Below, one piece after another: positions 7,107-11,535 of a DNA stretch of 11,535 nt. The notes beneath the pieces are model-generated. The model was not told the DNA's origin. It made no database searches and worked only from the letters and a program-made list of their open reading frames with translations. The position numbers were made by a program, and so were the translations under genes. The first letter of the stretch is position 1, and every line of letters starts with the position of its first letter. The DNA lies in the NCBI GenBank assembly GCA_037969075.1, contig JBBKWS010000107.1, positions 1 to 11,535 on the forward strand, in the 5' to 3' direction. The DNA comes from Bdellovibrionales bacterium (GTDB taxonomy: Bacteria > Bdellovibrionota > Bdellovibrionia > Bdellovibrionales > UBA840).

Positions 7107-8126
7107 ATGAAAGCGTTATTGTTAGATAGTTTTATTTTAGGATATATTTTTTTTGTAGGATTAGTTGCAGCGACTAGTCCTGGCGAAGACGCACTCCTAG
7201 AAAGCGTATATTCTTATATTCTATATTTTGCACTTTTTTGTATTGCTGGCGGAGTACTGAGCAAGGTTTTAAAGCGAGCACATATAAAAACTTTAGGTGA
7301 GGCAATTTTTGAACCCCCACACAAAAAAGTTAAAGCAGCCACTAAGTCTTGGTTAAAAACATTTTGGGGCATCCAATTAATCATTGCCTTCATTATTACC
7401 GTTGTTGTTGGTAGCATTCTAACAGAGTTTAGTTTGCGCGAGCTTCTTGACGAAGACGGTATTGGCGGAGCAAAGAATATTTTTTCAAGCCTTATAAATC
7501 CTAACTTTAATGTTCTTCCACAAGGCATTTTAGCTATTGTTGAAACCATATATATTGCGTTTATGGCTACCATCATCGCAATCCCCGCAGCGTTTTTACT
7601 AGCATTTATGTCTGCTAAAAATATTATGGGCCATACTAAAATAGGCTTTAGTATTTATATGTTTCTTAGAACGTTATTAAATATTACCAGATCTATTGAG
7701 CCTTTAATTTGGGCCATTATATTCTCTGTTTGGGTGGGAATAGGTCCTTTTGCCGGAATGCTTGCCTTGATGCTGCACTCAGTAGCGTCTCTTACTAAAC
7801 AGTATTCAGAGATTATTGAGTGTGTAAACGAGGGTCCTATTGAAGGAATTCAAGCTACAGGCGGAAATGCCGTTCAAGTGATCTGGTTTGCAATAGTCCC
7901 CCAGATTATTTTACCGTATATCTCTTTTACTATTTATAGATGGGATATAAATGTTCGTATGGCTACTATCATCGGCCTAGTTGGTGGCGGTGGTATTGGT
8001 ACAATGCTTGTGCAATATCAGGGGCAAGCACTATGGAACGAAGTGGGCACTCTAGCATTCTTAATCGTTATTGCAGTTTGGACTATGGATACAGCTTCAG
8101 CGTACATTAGAGAGGCTATTAAGTAG
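7107..8126 (+). CDS. phnE: Phosphonate ABC transporter permease with N-terminal membrane extension
   Basis: RSIEPLIWAIIF, GIGPFAGMLAL, EAA-like EGIQATGG and YRWDINVRMATIIGLVGGGGIG motifs. At 339 aa it has about 80 extra N-terminal residues. An in-frame TAG at 7101 confirms the start. Confidence 0.92.
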   Translation: MKALLLDSFILGYIFFVGLVAATSPGEDALLESVYSYILYFALFCIAGGVLSKVLKRAHIKTLGEAIFEPPHKKVKAATKSWLKTFWGIQLIIAFIITVVVGSILTEFSLRELLDEDGIGGAKNIFSSLINPNFNVLPQGILAIVETIYIAFMATIIAIPAAFLLAFMSAKNIMGHTKIGFSIYMFLRTLLNITRSIEPLIWAIIFSVWVGIGPFAGMLALMLHSVASLTKQYSEIIECVNEGPIEGIQATGGNAVQVIWFAIVPQIILPYISFTIYRWDINVRMATIIGLVGGGGIGTMLVQYQGQALWNEVGTLAFLIVIAVWTMDTASAYIREAIK

Positions 8127-8127
8127 T

Positions 8128-8898
8128 CTATTTAGGAACAAAACTTGTCTGCGTATAGCTTAAGGGAATATTGAACTTACGCGACAGATTCTTTGCCCGT
8201 TTAAACTCTAACAGCTGCGAAGAGGCTTCTACCTTAGACATAGGGCTTAGCTGCTCAGTATAAACTAATATACCGGGCTCTTTTTCGAGTACCTTTAGGT
8301 AGGATGCTTCAACAGTTGATGAGGTCTCCTGTCCCATTGATGATATAAAAAATCGTAGTAACTTAGCGCACACAACAATAGATCTAATTTCATCAGCAGA
8401 TAATTTTGCCGTTTTATAGGGTAGGAGCCAAAGGCTGAGGGCTTTTTTTCCATCAATGATCGCATCATAGCGAGTGGTAGATAGTTTTTTCCATTTTTTG
8501 TCATCCTTAACTGCCTCTACTCTGATATCTAACTTCTGATAGGACAAGTCGGAAGCCAGTAAAACTTCATCAAGCATTTTTTCTAGCTCTAAATTAAATA
8601 GGGCAGGGAGGTCTTTCTTAATTTGCTTAACATCCGGCGCTAATTTTGCGCGCTTTCTTGCATATGTGAATAAATCTTTTTGCGATACTGTCGTTATTTT
8701 TTTTTCTTTATGATCGATAATATAAAATTGGTCTTTGTCTCCGTTAAATAAAAGAGCAGATTTTTTTGTTGGACTCTCTACTAAAAAATTTGAAGAGGAT
8801 AGGTATGTAATGGATTTAATTGCTTCTCCATCCTTAATAAATTGGGAAGATAAGATTAAATCAGAGAATGCAAATGCAAATAACAGCTGTAATAGCAT
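8128..8898 (-). CDS. Hypothetical exported protein (possibly DUF4412/LolA-like beta fold)
   Basis: 256-aa ORF with a short hydrophobic N-terminus, beta-rich N-domain (DQFYIIDHKEKKIT) and C-terminal FNIPLSY motif reminiscent of DUF4412-type proteins; 2 nt downstream of the Smr stop. Family call is tentative. Confidence 0.6.
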   Translation of the reverse strand: MLLQLLFAFAFSDLILSSQFIKDGEAIKSITYLSSSNFLVESPTKKSALLFNGDKDQFYIIDHKEKKITTVSQKDLFTYARKRAKLAPDVKQIKKDLPALFNLELEKMLDEVLLASDLSYQKLDIRVEAVKDDKKWKKLSTTRYDAIIDGKKALSLWLLPYKTAKLSADEIRSIVVCAKLLRFFISSMGQETSSTVEASYLKVLEKEPGILVYTEQLSPMSKVEASSQLLEFKRAKNLSRKFNIPLSYTQTSFVPK

Positions 8899-8900
8899 GA

Positions 8901-9146
8901 TTAATCCAAGAATAAAATTAGCACACCCGAGTTTTCTTTTCCGTTGGGTGATTTTTCAAAGGCAAATTGATAGCCAGCTTGCTTTAGGTAACTAATCGTA
9001 GCCTTTTGCACAGCACCGCTACCTTTTCCTGTAATGATTTTAGCTCTCTTTAGATTGCTAGATGATAGGCGCATTAAAAAGCGATCCACTTCATCCGCTA
9101 CTTCATCTACCTTATATCCATGTAAATCTATACTGTCTTTTGCCAT
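8901..9146 (-). CDS. Stand-alone Smr (small MutS-related) domain protein
   Basis: IDLHG, IITGKGSG and C-terminal NSGVLIL motifs; the 81 aa are the Smr domain alone. Confidence 0.9.
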   Translation of the reverse strand: MAKDSIDLHGYKVDEVADEVDRFLMRLSSSNLKRAKIITGKGSGAVQKATISYLKQAGYQFAFEKSPNGKENSGVLILFLD

Positions 9147-9148
9147 TG

Positions 9149-9649
9149 TTAAAACATAAATTGAAATGTTACGTATGGCAAGAATCTGTTCTCTTCTCTC
9201 TCTGGACTCAAAGTCACGTCATCAAGTTCATCGTAAGTGAACATTCGGTAGGTTAAAGTTGGTCCAACACTCACAGCTCCAACTTTAAACAAATAACCTA
9301 TTTCGAAATTCATTCCCGTTCCAGTGTATTCAGATGCCCCTGAGTCTCTTTCTGAGGTTAAGAAATAGGTGAAGTGAAAGTTCCACTCATTCATAATGTA
9401 ACCAACGCCTAGGCCTAATGACGTTCTGTCGTCATCATCTATGGCCTCCATGTCGTAAACTGCTCCCAAATATATTCCTGAGGCAAGTGTAGCACCTAAT
9501 TTGAAGTTATAGATACTTAACTCAGTTTCACTAGTGGTGCCTTGTTCTACTTCGTATTTCATGTAAAATAAACTTGGAGTAAAATAAACTGCGGCATTTG
9601 CAGTAAAACTCATCATACTTATAAAAACCAAAACCAGAAGTTGTTTCAT
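9149..9649 (-). CDS. Small outer-membrane beta-barrel protein (about 8 strands)
   Basis: Sec signal ending ANA/A; alternating amphipathic strands rich in Gly, Tyr and Phe; C-terminal beta-signal-like YVTFQFMF ending in Phe; SD GGGGGAG upstream. Confidence 0.8.
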   Translation of the reverse strand: MKQLLVLVFISMMSFTANAAVYFTPSLFYMKYEVEQGTTSETELSIYNFKLGATLASGIYLGAVYDMEAIDDDDRTSLGLGVGYIMNEWNFHFTYFLTSERDSGASEYTGTGMNFEIGYLFKVGAVSVGPTLTYRMFTYDELDDVTLSPEREENRFLPYVTFQFMF

Positions 9650-9685
9650 AAATCTCCCCCTTATGCCCCTAGTATGATAGGGCTA

Positions 9686-9750
9686 TAGACAGAGTCTAAT
9701 GATAAAGAGGTATGTCTGGACTTTGGTATGTAATGCGTAGACTTTGTCTA
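9686..9750. promoter_or_regulatory. Two perfect TAGAC-N3-GTCTA palindromes plus one half-site (candidate operator array)
   Basis: TAGAC-AGA-GTCTA at 9686-9698 and TAGAC-TTT-GTCTA at 9738-9750; degenerate TGGAC-TTT at 9717-9724; located in the 98-bp gap upstream of the OMP-Smr operon. Confidence 0.55.
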
Positions 9751-11535
9751 GTGCGCAGCTTCACCTGGAAGAGGAGACTGTTGGTAGTTCTTTTGCTGTA
9801 ATAAGTTTGGTATTGGAGTTGGAGCCACTCGCGATTGTCCACAATGTGAGTAATTAAGGTTCATATGTAAGCTTAGATCTCTATAAAAGCTAGATACTTC
9901 TTTCATTTCACTAACCATAGCGGCACTTTTATCTTTATTATTTTTTTTATCATCCCTAAAACTTGTAAATATATCTTTGCAACCTTGCGCATTACACAAT
10001 TTGCTCACTTGCGCTTTTACTTTCTTGTCATTACTTACAAGAGATTTTAGCCAATTAGGATTCATGTCAGCGACTTCATGATTATACTCTTCATTTAAAT
10101 CACTAACGACCTTTTCAAGGATACCTTTGATTTTTTGTTTACATTGTTTTGGCGATACCTCTGGTATTTTGATCCCAAGATCCACCTCACCAAACAGACC
10201 TTTAAATTCTTTACCGTAGTGTTGGTATAACTTATGCCATTCATATGTTTTTAATTTCACCTGGTTATCTTTTGACTCTAGATATTCTTTTGCGTTAGGC
10301 CCAAGTGCTTTTGTTAGTCCAATGCATTCCTCATCAGACATAGAGGCAAATTTTTTATCGATATGGTCGCTACAAGTCTTTCTTTCATCTTTTGGAATAT
10401 CTAAACATAAAAATGTCTCACCTAATGATATTGCATAAGGTGCTGCAAATTTTTTATTAACGCTTACATCGCCACCAAGGTTTTCATTGTTTGTAATGAT
10501 CGACTTTAATTTATCCTGACACTCTTGTACCATATTTAAGGTGTCGATTTGTTTTTTTATAGTAAATTTTTTATCACAGGCGTCTAAGAAGTATTGTCTT
10601 CCGTAATCTGCACAGCTACAAGAAGCCCTTGCTTCTCCAAATTTACAAGCCTCTACTCGTTGCTCATTTCCGATACAATAATTATCAGAATTTAAAATAT
10701 CAGTGTTACCATTAAATCCTTTTTTCACTAACATTTCGCTGTTTGGATCTGATTCTTTCAAGGTAGCAATCAGCATACTGGTACTTCTCCACGTATCTAG
10801 AGACTCACAGATGGGACGGTCCGATTCAAAAAGATTTCCGCTTGGCTGCAATCTGACATTTACCAAGGTACCATAGGGAGTTGCTACGGCCAGCTTTCTA
10901 TAGACAGGACTTGTGTTTAAAGCACCAATTCTTGCCATCCTTGTGCTGACTTGAGATTGTAGTTTTAATGGAGTCAGTTTAGTGGCTGTATTACTAACTC
11001 TATCATAGCTGTTTGAATTATTTGTATTAGTACTAGCGCCCTTTGCTACAAAATTTGAAGTCGTTGTAGCTTTAGGACTTACTGCCACTGGAGCAGACTT
11101 AGTTGTAGTATCATAAGCTTTGGTAGGTGATGAGGTCGTATTATATGAGGGCTGTGCAACTTGTGATGGATCTACAACATTGCTATTAAAACTTGGTGGA
11201 CCTGCATACGTACTTGCTGGCGTTCTTTTTACAGGTTCTTTTTCAATTACTTTTTTAGTTTCTTCTTTAACGTTATATTTTTGCCATAGGTCATTACAAT
11301 CTGCAGTGCTTTTACCTTTGCAATAATCGCGCTTAAAAGAGTCTTCGATAATGATTGTAGTTGTTTCATACGGCGTAGGGGTGGGAGTAACAAATTTTTT
11401 AGTACCTACTTGCTTTGAATTTGTGTCTTTCAATGGGTTTATATAGCGTGGATCCTCAGGCGATTCCCATACACCATTTCGCTTACTGGCGGGCATTCTA
11501 GAGTTTCTATCATTGTAATCTTTTTTTACTTCTTT
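9748..11535 (-). CDS. Large Cys-rich hypothetical protein, probably secreted; 5'-truncated by the window edge
   Basis: The frame stays open upstream of the ATG at 11496 to the window end (KEVKKDYNDRNSR-MPAS...), with no SD at 11496. S/T/P/N-rich low-complexity linker followed by a helical region; 16 Cys; no CxxCH. Confidence 0.75.
   Translation of the reverse strand, partial: KEVKKDYNDRNSRMPASKRNGVWESPEDPRYINPLKDTNSKQVGTKKFVTPTPTPYETTTIIIEDSFKRDYCKGKSTADCNDLWQKYNVKEETKKVIEKEPVKRTPASTYAGPPSFNSNVVDPSQVAQPSYNTTSSPTKAYDTTTKSAPVAVSPKATTTSNFVAKGASTNTNNSNSYDRVSNTATKLTPLKLQSQVSTRMARIGALNTSPVYRKLAVATPYGTLVNVRLQPSGNLFESDRPICESLDTWRSTSMLIATLKESDPNSEMLVKKGFNGNTDILNSDNYCIGNEQRVEACKFGEARASCSCADYGRQYFLDACDKKFTIKKQIDTLNMVQECQDKLKSIITNNENLGGDVSVNKKFAAPYAISLGETFLCLDIPKDERKTCSDHIDKKFASMSDEECIGLTKALGPNAKEYLESKDNQVKLKTYEWHKLYQHYGKEFKGLFGEVDLGIKIPEVSPKQCKQKIKGILEKVVSDLNEEYNHEVADMNPNWLKSLVSNDKKVKAQVSKLCNAQGCKDIFTSFRDDKKNNKDKSAAMVSEMKEVSSFYRDLSLHMNLNYSHCGQSRVAPTPIPNLLQQKNYQQSPLPGEAAH

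Noticed and set aside
6001..7576. Antisense ORFs 6001..6249, 6287..6541 and 7214..7576
   Set aside because: Shadow frames opposite phnD, phnC and phnE; antisense ORFs are common opposite conserved ABC transporter genes.
8295..9256. ORFs 8295..8504 (-), 8735..8995 (+) and 9062..9256 (+)
   Set aside because: Fully overlap the coupled OMP-Smr-exported protein operon; no recognisable features.
9667..9682. CCCTA-GTATGA-TAGGG inverted repeat as a terminator
   Set aside because: Only a 5-bp stem with no U-tract; it overlaps a possible -10 element.
11120..11326. ORF 11120..11326 (+) containing CATC
   Set aside because: Antisense to the long ORF's low-complexity linker; the CxxC is incidental, with no His for heme binding.
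11494..11496. ATG at 11496 as the true start of the large protein
   Set aside because: The frame is open to the window edge, there is no SD, and no signal peptide follows this Met.

Overview
AT-rich, gene-dense bacterial chromosomal window, probably from Bdellovibrionota/Oligoflexia (inferred from protein style: RxPAS-bearing Cys-rich secreted protein, small 8-stranded OMP, this type of Y1 transposase). Left to right: (1) an ORF missing from the supplied track, 500 to <1 on the minus strand, encoding an HUH/Y1 (IS200/RAYT-like) tyrosine transposase. It has an N-terminal QLKLF beta-clamp-type motif and a sigma70-like promoter positioned for a leaderless mRNA. (2) A minus-strand pair of rRNA-modification genes: an RluF/RluB-type pseudouridine synthase and a THUMP/RlmL-type methyltransferase. 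(3) A divergent yfgM-bamB-like operon whose third gene is a Cys-containing lipoprotein rather than der. (4) Glutaredoxin 2. (5) A stand-alone phnD-phnC-phnE ABC importer with an N-terminally extended permease and no C-P lyase genes. (6) A tightly coupled minus-strand operon of small OM beta-barrel, stand-alone Smr protein and secreted protein, preceded by two TAGAC-N3-GTCTA palindromes. (7) A large Cys-rich, probably secreted protein that starts outside the window. No rRNA, tRNA or CRISPR array was seen. All family assignments come from motif recognition by eye; no database search was run.
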